DNA of 58,011 bases, counting the filler, from Sphacelaria rigidula (lineage: Eukaryota), in the NCBI GenBank assembly GCA_964200075.2. It is 9 parts of 9 records of this genome, joined end to end, with 100 filler letters (N's around TTAATTAATTAA, not from the genome) between each part and the next. Parts side by side here need not be neighbours in the genome. Positions count along the whole stretch, not along the records: positions 1 to 6,357 come from CAXNAA020020559.1; positions 6,458 to 12,814 come from CAXNAA020020560.1; 7 more parts are not named here. One strand, written 5' to 3'. Made by a program: the position numbers and the translations under genes. This document shows, one piece after another, positions 1 to 12,110 of this stretch. Numbering within the stretch: position 1 is the first letter of the stretch; each line of letters opens with the position of its first letter. The notes under the pieces were generated by a model. That model made no database searches, was not told where the DNA came from, and worked only from the letters and a program-made list of their open reading frames with translations.

Positions 1-229
1 GCCTACGTCTGTGACCACGAGTTCGCGAAATCGGACTAATGTGCGGAAATAATAATAATAATATAATAACCAGACCCCGGATACAGGTGTTACATACAGC
101 AATTCGCTTGAATAAAGTACTCAAGTACACCGGGTCCTACGGTCCCCTCAGGCGCTGTTAGGCTTCATTATCCCGTATTTCCGAATACAAGCTTCGGCTT
201 TTGCACGTAGCATCTCTTGGTGTCACGCT
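1..229 (+). promoter_or_regulatory. Probable 3' part of the 5' LTR (ends ...GTAGCA at 212) followed by a putative primer-binding site TGGTGTCACG (218-227)
   Basis: AATAAA at 111-116, a CA terminus, and TGG a few nt downstream, just upstream of the gag ATG at 301. No second LTR is in the contig to confirm it. Confidence 0.5.
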
Positions 230-300
230 CCTCTAATTAGAGCTCGCAGAGCAGACATACTGCACCTGCCTTTTTGAAACAAAGACTGCGTACTATCATC

Positions 301-3300
301 ATGTCGCACAGAAATAACGCTGGCTCTTCCCCTCAATTGGGAAGCCAACCGCTTCGCCGGACCCGGAGTCAAACTACTGGCGGTTCGCAATCTTTTCAGA
401 TGAGTGGCACGTCACCTTCAACTCATCGCCGCACGTATGCGAGCGCTGTTCGATCTTCGGGATCTGAAGGCCAACTTTCGAGCGAAGCTCGTTCAAGGCT
501 TGAAGACGAGAGTTTGACGCCGAGACCTGTTCTCTCACGTTCCGAACCAGACTCAGAGAACATGGTGGTGCAACCGGCCGAGTCATTGGTTCTTGACGGA
601 CATGTTAGTGAGCCCATAACGGTGGATTCCGTGGCACACCCCTCGCTGTCCTCTGCTCTCCCGAATCCCAATGTGGAATCCGGAGTTAGGATTGTGCCCT
701 CAGTCGGGTCGTTGCCCCTAGACACACGTGTCCAGCTTGGCCCTGTCACCGTTGCCCCAACCATGGCGTCCCGTCGCATGACGACTGACAACTCTCGAGA
801 CGATTCTGTCCCTTCGAAGCGCATCGCTTCTGGAGGAAGAGACTTTGTCACACGGGCTGCTTCCGTTACGGACCCCCTTCACACGACTCTCGATAGCCCC
901 ATGCGCCCTACTGCACAGTCTAATGTCGGACCGGCAGTTGCGGCCATGCATGCTGCCATGCAAACTCTGCATCGCACCTCCTCGGCGTCGTCGCCATCGC
1001 CAACGCCAGCTCTCATCGAGGCATTTACGGGTTTTTGCCACGCAACGCTCCAAGATCAATCGGCGTCTGCTCATGTGCAATTCAATGATGATTCTGCACC
1101 TGCCACGCCGAAACCCGTACGTCTGGCGTCCCATTCGGCGACATCGCGCCCCCCTTTCGCCACTCATGATGAATTCAACGAACATGAGTCCAGCACTTCC
1201 TCGACGTCGCAGCAGAGCCTTACTCGCGCTATTGACCGGCGCCGCACACCAAGACTTGGTCATGACCACGTTTCCCGTTCTGGCAATTCTAACGGCAACT
1301 CCCAGCAGAGCTTGAATTCATCGCGCGTTTCAACACGTCCGAAAAAGTCCCTCGTGGTTACACTTACGACGGCGGCTCACGTCACAACTCTAACTTATCA
1401 CGCGCTCCGCAGCGCCCGGTGAGTGCTAACTGTGAACGTACTCACGAGGATGCCTTGCGGCACAGATCAAGGTCTTCGCGCGTTAACTCGCGCTCGAAAA
1501 ACACCGATCATGCACCCTCGCGCATCTATCCTGCTCAGCAATTGTCGCACAGCCGTCATGTACGCAATGATAACACTGTACATGCTGATGATATCCAAAA
1601 CAAAATTTGGGACATGTCACCGGCTCCGGAATCCTCAATTGAGGGATCCGGCCGCACTTCATCGCACAACCGACGACCACGCACTGACCGCGAACCACCG
1701 TCCCGTTCCGACGCTGCACTTATTCGTTCTCTGCAACAACGTTTGACAGATCTCGAACGACAACTCGCAAAAGCAACCATTGACACAAAGTGCACTACCG
1801 CTGCTGCTAAGCTTACGAGGGAGACCACCAACGCCGCTCTCACTACCGCTGCAGCCGCCACTGCCGTGGTCACTGCGCCTTCTGCCGCAGCCACTGCAGC
1901 CACGGCCCCAACTCCTGCTGCTGCCCAGCCTGCAGTAGACAGATGCGGATAGTGGTCCCACCACCGGCCCTGTCGGAGATGTCTCAGTGCGCTCGCCACC
2001 TTCGGTGGAGGATCTTCCTCCGCTCGGCGACGAGCATTGCCCCATCGGGCTTCTCTTGAGATTATTTCAGGACCGCCCCCGCGCGGAACAATAACAGCTC
2101 ATTCACGACTGTGCGTCCCAAGCCCCGGCGCTAGCCCGCAACGTACTCGACCAGCAACGAGATGCTGACGAGGCTGCCGCCCGCCTCCTTTTGGAGGAAC
2201 ATGCTGCCAAACTGCACGATTTTCAGCGACAGGCTTCACGTTGCTGGTCTAGTATGTTGCGAGCTAGCTAGCGCGGGGACTTGGTACGCATAGTCATGAA
2301 TGAGCAGTTATTGTTCCGCGCGGGGGCGGTCCTGGAATAATCTCAAGAGAAGCCCGGTGGGGCAATGCTCGTCGCCGAGCGGAGGAAGATCCTCCACCGA
2401 AGGTGGCGAGCGCACGGAGACGTCTCCGACAGGGCCAGTGGTGGGACCACTATCCGCATCTGAGTCAACTGCAGGCTGGGCGGCAGCAGGAGTTGGGGCC
2501 GTGGCTGCAGTGGCTGCGGCAGAAGGCGCAGTGACCACGGTAGCGCAATAGCGGTGCTCAACAGTATCCGGCTCTGATGCTGTCGTTGTTTCCGGGTGTC
2601 TTGGCGCATCGCGAGGTGCCTTACGCCTCCATTGATACTATGCGGTCTGCTTTTGTACACCAAGAGGGTAATCTAACGCCTGCCATACGTGGCAAACCTT
2701 GTACGTGTCTGCGTTCACAACCTACGGTTGTGTCCTCCGCCCATGCCCAAGGGGTTCGCGGCAGGAGTTCGAGCTCGTCTCGCGCTTTATGGTCCCCGAC
2801 TCAGTCGCCGGTTCAGTTATGCATGTTCAGAGTACTAGAGATGCATTTAGCGCGAGTTTTGACGGTTGACCGTTTGCCGAGGAAACTTGGGATGATGTTT
2901 ATTTGACTTCAACAACGTCATTCATAATCGATGACCCCCATTTGTAGAACCCACTTCTTTCGTCTTCCGCTAGACGCAATGCCTTCAGCAGTCATGCCAA
3001 CATTTGCAATAAATGTAGTGTTCAAGGCCACAGCATGCGCGACTGGGACAGTCCATGCATCAATGCCTTCGATCTCATGAACCCTGAATTGCAGGACAAT
3101 GAACCCGCGTGGCGCCGATGGCAAAAACGCATGCGCAACTATCGTCCACCAAATCAACTTTTCCGCAACAGTTCGAACCAACGGGGCAACAAAAGCCCTA
3201 ATCGCGGTCGCCGACACAACAACAATCACGGAAGCCCTCGCCAGAACGATCAAAATTCTCGCCACAACAAAAGTTCCGCTGATAGACACCAGCGGACGGG

Positions 3301-3370
3301 ACCGACACAAAGTTCTAATCCCAACACCAGAAACCCTGGTACCTTCACTACAGATCGCTTAGATCCATGA
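301..3370 (+). pseudogene. gag: Gypsy gag-like region, disrupted by frameshifts and an inverted duplication
   Basis: Long S/T/P-rich ORFs 301-1422 and 1419-1952. CNKCSVQGHSMRDW at 3005-3046 is a CX2CX4HX4C knuckle with the last Cys changed to Trp, followed by an R/N-rich nucleocapsid-like tail ending at TGA 3370. Confidence 0.75.
1861..2543. repeat. Long inverted repeat: arms 1861-2159 and 2239-2543, with a ~79-nt loop
   Basis: The right arm is the reverse complement of the left with few mismatches. The ORF track shows the same peptide (TAPSAAATAATAPTPAAAQPAVD) on both strands. Confidence 0.95.
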
Positions 3371-4410
3371 CGTGCCGACGCCGGCGTCCTTCGGTCTTCC
3401 ACGTCGTCGATAGCACGAGCGAAGACTTTTTCAACACAGCCCGCGGAGTCCGTGTCAAAAATTGCTCACTGGACTCTCCCGGCACTATCCCAAGAGCGTA
3501 ACTGACAGCCGTTCATATCGGCCCCCGTCTCGAACCTCCACACAATTTTCAACACAACCCGCAGAGCCTGCGACTAAGATTGTCTGCCCAGCTCTCCTGA
3601 CACTGTGCAGGAGTGCAACTGACGGCCGTTCAAACCCACCCCCATCTTCGTCCATCCACACCGCGTAACAGTTGTGTCACCCCGCGACTCAGACCTACAC
3701 CCGACACTGAACTTGGTCCTACAGTACCGAGTATAAGCCTGAGGTGTGGGAAGACCAACCGCCAGTCTCTGAGGCAGCGGCTTCCCTCAGCGACCGCACG
3801 CACAGGTAGCAGCAAGCCTTTTTCAGCTGGCCCAACTGTTGCTGATTTGAACCTGACCACATCGGATCATGTAATTACCAATCAGTTCGATCGGGCTCCT
3901 TCCCCGCGATTTTCAAGACGCACGGACCTACCTTCGGCCGGTCTTACCAACAACCGCCCCAACATATCTTCGGCTATGCCCCAACAGCCAAGCTTGCCTA
4001 CGGAAAGCAGCCCACAAGTTTCGCTCTGTCATGCCCCGATGCTGACCCCATCCACGCAACTGGACGTAGTTGTGGTTTCATCCCCAAATGTTGTGGAAGT
4101 TCCCCGACGTTTGTCACGGCGAAAGAGAAAGCCCCGTAAGCATGCCCCCAAGGACGCGCGGGCATCATTATGTACACCTCTTTCGAGCGGAAATCCTCGA
4201 CCTCAACCTCTCCGAAATGCGAAGACTTTGAGTTCGATGGCTCTATAAAGTATCCTGGAAGAAACAAAATCACATGCTTCTGACGGCACTACTTCTTCAA
4301 TCGACGGCTCCAGCCTCGCACATTCTGGATCCCCCTTTGACGGTGATCCCTGTCAACCAAAGACGATCATTTACGAGATCGCCCATGACCGTGCCACACC
4401 TGGAAATAAT

Positions 4411-6357
4411 ATGCCGTCCACCCCCTTCTCTGGTGAGACATCTGACCCACCGCCGGATCATCCGCCGTGCATTTTTGCTATCAGCCCCGCTGATCCTGAC
4501 CAGTTTACCTTGCCGGAACACGGGCTGGATCTTGTCGGTGGAAAAGTGTCTGTAGATCCGGCCACTTTCACTACTCGCGTTGCGATCCATGCCGGTCCAA
4601 ACGCTATCACGCCTACGAAATGCGTATCCTTGTTGGACAGCGGCAGCCCGCAAACATTTATTTGAGAATCAACATGGAGACACATGAAACAGACTGGCGC
4701 TGCTACTGCAGCTTGCGCAACCACCACCAAACCTCGAGAGTGGGGCGGTTTCGGTGATTCTGCCGCACCGCTGACGACACGTAAATCCGTACGCCTCAGT
4801 GTGCAATTCTTTCACAACACCACTCGATCTGCCAGCCTGGCAGTCTGGGTATACATTGTCCCCGACAGGACAATGAATCACGCCATACTATTGGGCAGAG
4901 ATAGCTATATGCGGTTTAATAAACGGACCTACCGCATTCTTCCACCACTAACGCCACATTCCCCGCCGCGTGGAGAATTCAACCTCGAGCACTTCGGTAC
5001 TCTCCACGGCGCCCTGGCTTATCAGAAGAATCCTCAAGCAACCGGAGCTGCTCACCACCTACGATATAACGGTAGTGTGGGTATAAGACTATCCGACAAC
5101 CCCCAACTTCTTGAAGTTGCACTAGTTCCCCGAAATGGCATGCCAGCACTTACGGGCTATTATCTTGCCGAAATGTTACCCCGTATTGGCGCACCAGCCG
5201 ACACAGAACATTTTGTGTCGGCGGGACAACAACTCCTCCCTTTTACGGGCCATGCTAACTTGGAACCCGGCGATGTTTTCGGAATTGCCGCTGCTCCCCT
5301 GATGCACATCCCCCTCGAGACGTGCGTCACAGAGCCTGCCGCGCCAAACACCTCATCTCCGGAGGAGTCAGTCCCTTGTGTCGATGAACCCTATTTCGAT
5401 CTCGCCTCTGCGACTCCACCCCAGGTCCACACCGTGGATCCTGTCCAGTCAAATTCCGATCCTCCTCCTGAAGTGCTTCAACGCTCATCACCAGATTCTC
5501 GGAATAGTTTCTTGCACATGTGGAACCAACTGCCGCCACACATACGCGACATCAATTTTGGCTTTCATGGGCCCGGCTGGGAACCGGCAGTCATCCAAGA
5601 ACTCAGTGATGTCCTGCTACAGTACCAAGATCGATTTGCCCGATCCAAGACAGATCTTGGGCATTGCAAAATACTGCCCTTTGAGGTTACCCTCCAACCC
5701 GGTGTCTCGCCGACTTCTTCTCGGCCATACCGTACCAACCCAATCCTTACCATGTAAGTTAACGCCATCTTAGAAGCGTACTATGGAGCGGGACTAATAC
5801 AACATTCCTCCTCTCCTTGGGCCTCGCCACTTGTGGTCGTCCCCCAAAAGGATGGAAACATACGCATAACCGTGAATTATCAACGGTTGAACCGCGTCAC
5901 TGTAGTCGGTAAACTTGCAATTCCCCGCATTGATGAAGTCTTCGGCTACTTGGGCGAAGGGAAAATATTCAGCACCTTCGACCTCGCTTCTAGATTTTTC
6001 AGAATGCCATACACCCTGACACAGTCCCACTGACGGCTTTTTGTACCTCGTCCGGACTCTATGAGTGGCTTCGCATGCCACGAGGCGCCGCCACTGCCCC
6101 GGGATGCTTTCAACGCTTAATGCAACGCGTCACCGAGGGCCTCGAGCACATCATCATGTACTTGGATGACGCTATCGCTTTCGATGCCTCACCTATTGCA
6201 CATATACGCACTCTACGAGAATTCCTCTTTTCGCCTACGTACGCACGATTTGAAACTGTCTCCATCCAAAGCTCGCCTTGGTGCGACTGACTTGGATTTC
6301 TTGGGGCATTCCATTTCGCCAGCAGGCCTGCATCCGGATACAAACAAAGTCAAGGCG
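4411..6357 (+). pseudogene. pol: Gypsy pol (protease and reverse transcriptase) pseudogene
   Basis: In-frame stops at 4663 and 5755 and frameshifts near 6000 and 6230. Canonical Ty3/Gypsy PR and RT motifs are present. Confidence 0.92.
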
Positions 6358-6457
6358 NNNNNNNNNNNNNNNNNNNNNNNNNNNNNNNNNNNNNNNNNNN
6401 NTTAATTAATTAANNNNNNNNNNNNNNNNNNNNNNNNNNNNNNNNNNNNNNNNNNNN
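6358..6457. other. Artificial contig-joining spacer N44-TTAATTAATTAA-N44. Identical spacers at 12815-12914, 19272-19371, 25729-25828, 32186-32285, 38643-38742, 45100-45199, 51556-51655
   Basis: Eight identical 100-bp N/stop-linker blocks. The intervening segments are all 6356-6357 bp, as expected for length-sorted concatenated contigs. Confidence 0.98.
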
Positions 6458-7200
6458 AGGATGCCGTTGTCCCCTGGTCATCATCCAGGATCCACTATAT
6501 ACTCAATCGTGGCGGCGTGATTTCGCCACAGGGGAAAGCACTGTTTTAGGCTTGAACCTCATCTCGGAGTTAAACCTCAATTCGCACAATTTGTTGTCAA
6601 AATCTCTGTCCAAGTGATCTACTGATCGATGTTTTCACCCTACCGGTAAAAGCCGCGGGCAAAACCGTTGAGCCCAAGCCGGCGCGAGTGAACTCGTGGA
6701 GTAGTTCATCCGCATCCCTGCGTGACGTTTTATGACGGTACTTTTCTGCAGTGTCGATCTGGTGGATCCTGACGCAAAGTCGAGTTGAGTGAAAATATCG
6801 CTCGCTTTTGACATTATAAAAAATCAGTTGATCACCACTATTCGACACAAGAGTTTGTTGAGTTCGCTGTAATCGATATACAGGCATAAAGTATAACATT
6901 TTTCTTGACGCAGAGGCATTGGGCAGCCGGCAAATAGGCTTGGGGGCTCATGATCCCTCTATCAAACAGTTCGCGTACTTCCTCGCGGAACATGTGACGT
7001 TCTTTGGGAGAAAATCAGCGTTGTTTTGCTGAAAATTGTGGACAAACTACGTAAATAAGGGGGAGCACTAAGTCACCGTTGATGCAGGCCGGAACCTGTT
7101 TGGGGCCCGTGGGGAACAGTCCAGCGTCTGTGAAGCCTAGCAGAACGTTCATGAGCCCCCGTTTCTCCGCTCAACCCAACTGTTCCATGTACACAAGTCG
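6458..7200 (-). pseudogene. Highly degenerate Ty3/Gypsy reverse transcriptase of a second family
   Basis: Stitched minus-strand frames give KQR*FSPKERHMFREEVRELFDRGI..AAQCLCVKK, YIDYSELNKLL, HQIDTAEKYRHKT..DADELLHEFTRAGLGSTVLPAAF, and an LDD-like remnant near 6480. Confidence 0.7.
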
Positions 7201-8276
7201 GACACGATTACCTTGAGGTGTGTGTGTTACTTTTGGGTCAGGGTGGCATTGCTCGAGCGTGTATTGATCCTGTGCTCATGCCACACCATCTCAGTTGCCT
7301 TGCTACTCGGAAATTATATGTGCACCCAGGTGCACCATCGAATTTCATGCGCACCCTGGGATATTTGCAGAAACACTTACGGCTGGTCAGTGCCGCAGGA
7401 CCACCCTGACCGTGGGGTCTTCGGTCACACTTTCAATCGGAGCCAGCAAATCCAACATACAGTACAGTAGTAAAATGATGGTGCACTCTCTTTCATCCCT
7501 CACAACTCGTGGCATGGCTGACTTCCTTTTGTCTGGGTGACTTCCCGCTGCAAGCTCGAAAATACAATCTTGCTCGGTTGCGATTATTCCGAAGCTCAAA
7601 AATCTATGCTCGCTTTCTTCCCACCCATGTATAATAATTCACGTCGACAGATTATGAAGGGGAAGGAGCTTGCGCTTTGTGTACCCCGCTGAACAAAACC
7701 CAAGGTAGAGAGCGTGGCGTGTACCGGAATAGACAACACCACAGCGACTGTGCTGTGCCCTTCTGTTCGATAGTTGTAATGAGTATATCGGTACAGCCAT
7801 GTCCGCCATGCGGTCTCTACTGTGCAGAAGAATGAATAATGATGTACAGTCAAGACGGCACGCATGACAAAGTAGGAGAACGGAAACGCTGGAATGGTTC
7901 AGCTGAGCAAGTTGTGCGTGGCCTCGCACAACTCTGTTTACTGAGTTAAAAAAAACGACTTTGGAATGATGCCGACTCTGCCGTTTCATATCGTTCCACT
8001 TCAACTGAAGATGATGCCGTCTCGATTTTTAAGTGACAATGATGCCGGTTCCACAAGTGAATATGACCTATATGCGGTCGAGAAAGATGACATCCCGACG
8101 GTCGAAGGGTCCACCAAGACCTCGAGAGAGGAAATGCATCAAGTGGAACGCATCTCGACGTCAAGACGACATGCAGAACACAGCGCAAAATTATGCCTGT
8201 TCGGTGAAACCAGAACAAATAAAAACGATACCAATTCGATTATAGTTTTGACAAAACAAAAGGTGCCTGGCATATA

Positions 8277-9325
8277 AAACCCAATGCCCGTTCAAAAACT
8301 GGAACGATTACAAAAAAGTCCTTGGAACCGTACCCCGACAGTTTTGTCGAGATAGCACGACGATCGACTCACACATCAAAACACGCTCGAGCTGTTCAAG
8401 CCCTGCCTCGAGAGGAATACTTTGTTCGATGGAGGGCGGTTGCATGATTGATCTCGTGTCTTGTGATTGTGAAATAAATACGATACCGATGCGAGCCGAT
8501 TCAGTTCGATGGAGAGTGGTTGCATGATGGGTCTCGTGCCTCATGACTGCCAAATAAACATGATACCGATTCGATTTCACGACGGTACTCCTGACGGCCG
8601 AACAGTCCCCCGACGCTTGGAGACAGGAAACGTATCGCAACGCAAGCCCCGAGGACATGCACAAGACAGTCCTAAGGCCATGCACAACACAGTGCAGAAT
8701 GCAGCTGTACTTCAAACCCAAGCATAAACAGAACGCACCCTAATTTCCACCAAATTGCGTAGAAATCGGTGCATGCGGCGGGCCTCATTGTCGATAAAAA
8801 TATCTCATGTGCGATAGAGGAGCAGCAGCTGCAGTAGCAGTACGACGGAGCCCACCACAGTGGTAATGGTGCCGATTCATATGCGAATGATGCTTATTCA
8901 ATTAAAAAAAGTGCGTGCCGCCACATCAAAACCCCATGCCGGTTAAAAAACTGAAGTGATGAAAAAAATATGGTTGGAACCGTGCCCCGACAGCTGTGTG
9001 TCGAGATAGCACGACGGTCAACTCACACATCAAGACACGCTCAAGGTATTCAAGCCCTGCCTGGAACGGAACTGTGTTCAATGGAGAGCGGTTGCATGAT
9101 TGATCTCGTGTCTTATGATCGTCAAATGAATACGATGCCGATTCGATTTTCACGGCGGTAATACCCGTGACGGTCGAACAGCCTCCTGACGCTTGGGGAC
9201 AGGAAACGCATCACAACGTCAGCCCTAAGGCCGTGCCAAAGACAGTCCTGAGACAATGCAAAACACAGTGTAGAAGGCAAACGAACTCCAAACCCAAGCA
9301 GAAATAGAACGTACCCCAATGTCCA
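8277..9325. repeat. Diverged direct repeat (8277-8750 and 8927-9325). The first copy has an internal ~75-bp duplication
   Basis: Shared blocks include gtcgagatagcacgacg, ggttgcatgattgatctcgtgtctt and acaggaaacg...aaacccaagca. Confidence 0.85.
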
Positions 9326-10499
9326 GCGAATGCAAGTGAAGAGGCTGACATGTATACCTGCGAAAACGTGTACCCTAAAATCACTAAATGCTGGCTTCTC
9401 AGAGCTTTAGAAAACAAAATGGCCCCAAAGTACAATTTTTACAATCTAGCGAAGAAATACAGCAGATTGACGCCTGTGTGCAGGGAACGGATTTCAGACC
9501 AAAAGTAACTACAGACCAAAAGTAACTACAAGGGTTTTGGCGCTTCGCTCCACCGCTCTATGGAGCGCTTCCCAAGGCAAAGGGTAGTGAGCAGTTTTGC
9601 TACCGGCATCAGCCGTCGCGCACATACAGGAAGGAGTGCGTAGGGGCGAAGATATGATTCAGAGATACCTTACACTCTCTCCTTTTTCTCTTGTCTGTTC
9701 GGGCTTTCAAACATCGTCGACGACGATAAAGCCCGACCAAAACAGAATTGAACCGAGGCGAAAGACACTGATTCTGCACAACGAGAAAGATTGCCGTGAA
9801 GGTCCACCAATTCTCCGTCCGAGAAATCGACGCAACATAAACTCATTCAAACTTCAAACAACGATAAAACCCGAACGGAAACAAAGAATCGAAATGCGGC
9901 AGAAGACACTGATCCTACAGAATCAAACGATAATCGTCAACCTCCACCCATCCTCCGTCTGACATAGACAAAACTAGCCCGAAAATAAGGAATCGAAGCG
10001 ACGTAGAAAGAAGAAACTGATCCTGCAGAACCAAACATACCTATGAAGGACTGTAAAACCATCGACACTATCGAAAAAAGTGTAAAAATCACTGTTGCCC
10101 GCCGATGAGACATTGTCACACCCTATGAGAAGCAGTGAACACAAAAAAAAGAGCTAAGAAAAAAAATTACCGAAGCAATACGGTAATCATATATATATAT
10201 ATATATGCTGCCTCCAGCCCGTCTCCGTCCTCGGCGTGGTTAGGGCGATCCGAAACAGACGGAGGAACACAGTAAGAGAAGGCTACACTACGCTGATCCC
10301 TTGCCTCTACCCAACCTTCGTCGTCGGCTTGGTTAGGGTGACGAGGTGGTGCGTCGTTCCCCGGAAGTCTCAAAGCATGCGATGACTAAGTAGCGGGTAG
10401 ACTATGACATCCGATGTAGTTAACATATTGCGGCGGGAGGGGTAGAGAAGTTATGTTGGGATCCGTCGCGGCGTGAGTAAATTGGTTGAACGTCATATT

Positions 10500-11460
10500 C
10501 CAAACGAAAGCACATTTTCGAGAAGTGCCGGTTAAACGCGAAGGCAAGGCAAGACACATCATAAAACCTCGCTTTTTAGCGCGACAAAGTGCTACACATA
10601 GTAGTTGGCCGTGTGTGAAACATCATTACGAAGATCGAGTCCTATCCTGGAAAGAGTACGCCCCTAACTCTTGTTGAGGTTAACAGCATTGATAACACAC
10701 TCTAAGGGGCGATTGCAATCTGGAAAAAATAAAAATAAACATTCTCGACCTGCGCTTTGAAACGTATGCGAGGAATGAGGACGAGAAATGAAGCATCATT
10801 GAGATGCTGGACAGAAGCAACTCGTCGGGGAGAAAATGCACGTATGATCGCTTTTTACCCATTCACGAATCCTTTCTTGAAATTGAGATCTCGTGTAAAC
10901 ATAACGATGGAGTTGATTTTCAAGTGTAGGGCATGAGGCGGGAGTCCTCGAACGCCGATGTTGTGAAGATGATCCGACGAGAGATAATCAAATTCCGTTT
11001 GATCAGGAGAATTTGTACGCGGTTAGGAGATCACCTGGCAGAAAGTGGAGTATGTGCTCATTTATCACGGTAAATGTGGCGTTGGATGAAGAGAGAATAG
11101 CCCTTGTCTTGAAATCGGAAGGGTCAGCATGCAGCAAGTCGGGATAAACACATAATCAATCAAATCCTTGAAGCAATAAGTGTTTTTAGAGAAAACGGGT
11201 GTGGGGGCATATCAGGAATTTCGTGCGCGTAAGCTAGTGGGATGGGTTCATCACCGCATTCTCTTGTAACATGTAGTTGAGAACCTATCCCAACATTTCA
11301 GACGAAAGCTGTTACGGCACATCTTCAAGGTCACGATGGGAAATGGTGAGATTCATGAGGTTAACATGGGACTAAAGAGGCACAGAAATCAGAGCAGCGT
11401 CAATAATATCAGCAGGCCCACCGAACTTCACAAAGGGTCCGATTTGACGAAGATCACCAC
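10500..11460 (-). pseudogene. Helitron RepHel C-terminal Pif1-like helicase remnant
   Basis: Minus-strand frames give GGDLRQIGPFV..ADIIDAALISVPL (motif III), LHNIGVRGLPPHALHLKINSIVMFTRDLNFKKGFVNG, RLQSPLRVCY and LNKS*GRTLSRIGLDLRNDV..HGQL..VALCRA (motifs V/VI). Many lesions. Confidence 0.88.
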
Positions 11461-11633
11461 CCCTTCCGTCTAGATTTGTTTTTAATTCATTTACTCTTTT
11501 CATTGTCATCGGGGAAACTCCGATCCAGTCGGACCCCGTACAACTGTAAAAAAGAAAGAAAAAAAATCTCGTTCATCCAAAGTTGCGTGATGACCCATAT
11601 TATAGCACATTTGCGTAAACATTCGGGATCTAA

Positions 11634-12110
11634 GGCCGGATGTTATGGCACACAGATGTTTGGCCCACGGATTCACTGTTGGGACGTTCGACCCCCTTTT
11701 TGATCCCCAAACATAGAAAATCGCCAACACGCGTCTTGGACACTTTACATCACCCCCCACAGAGAGGAGCCTAGTCCACTTTTCAGATTCGCTTGGCTCC
11801 AAGGTTTCGAAATTTGCCACTGAACAAAAATTCGTGTGCAAAAATCTGTGCTTGCCGACCCCCGCCAGTTTGCCCAAAAAACTGTACAGGTCGCCTCAGG
11901 TTTTGTTGCACACGGGTTTTTGTTCAGCGGCCAATCTCGAAACCTTGCAGGCGAATCTGAAGAGTGGGCTAGGCTCCTCCCTGTGGGGCGATGCAAAGCG
12001 TCTAAGACGTGTGTTGGCGATTTTCCCTGTTTGGGAGTCAAAACGTGGCTCAAACGCCGTAAAAGTGAACAATCCGTGGGCCAAAAATCTGGGTGCCATA
12101 ACATCCGGCC
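11634..12110. mobile_element. PIF/Harbinger (Tourist-like) MITE, 477 bp, with long TIRs and a TAA target-site duplication
   Basis: Begins GGCCGGATGTTATGGCAC and ends GTGCCATAACATCCGGCC, with ~210-bp inverted arms and TAA at 11631-11633 and 12111-12113. An empty-site paralog lies at ~12460-12545. Confidence 0.9.

Larger units (their letters stand above)
1..6357 (+). mobile_element. Ty3/Gypsy LTR retrotransposon, decayed, 5' half (LTR end, gag, protease, RT), cut by the contig end
   Basis: The order is gag zinc knuckle (3005-3046), aspartic protease LLDSGS (DSG at 4636) and ILLGRD, then RT motifs PYRTNP, SPWASPLVVV, LNRVT, PRIDE, MPRG and YLDD (6159-6170). Several stops and frameshifts. Confidence 0.93.

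Noticed and set aside
9495..9530. Exact 17-bp tandem duplication cagaccaaaagtaacta
   Set aside because: Ordinary local duplication with no associated element.
9700..10080. Three diverged ~110-150-bp units and a 121-aa ORF
   Set aside because: The ORF is a by-product of a degenerate tandem repeat, with no recognisable domain.
10188..10400. Minus-strand peptide PRHPNQADDEGWVEARDQ...GLEAA ending in (TA)n, possibly a non-LTR element 3' end
   Set aside because: Only one short copy and no diagnostic motif, so I cannot support a call.
11470..11540. CTAG plus a GC hairpin as a Helitron 3' terminus
   Set aside because: The hairpin is ~30 nt from CTAG and the following base is not T. The evidence is too weak.
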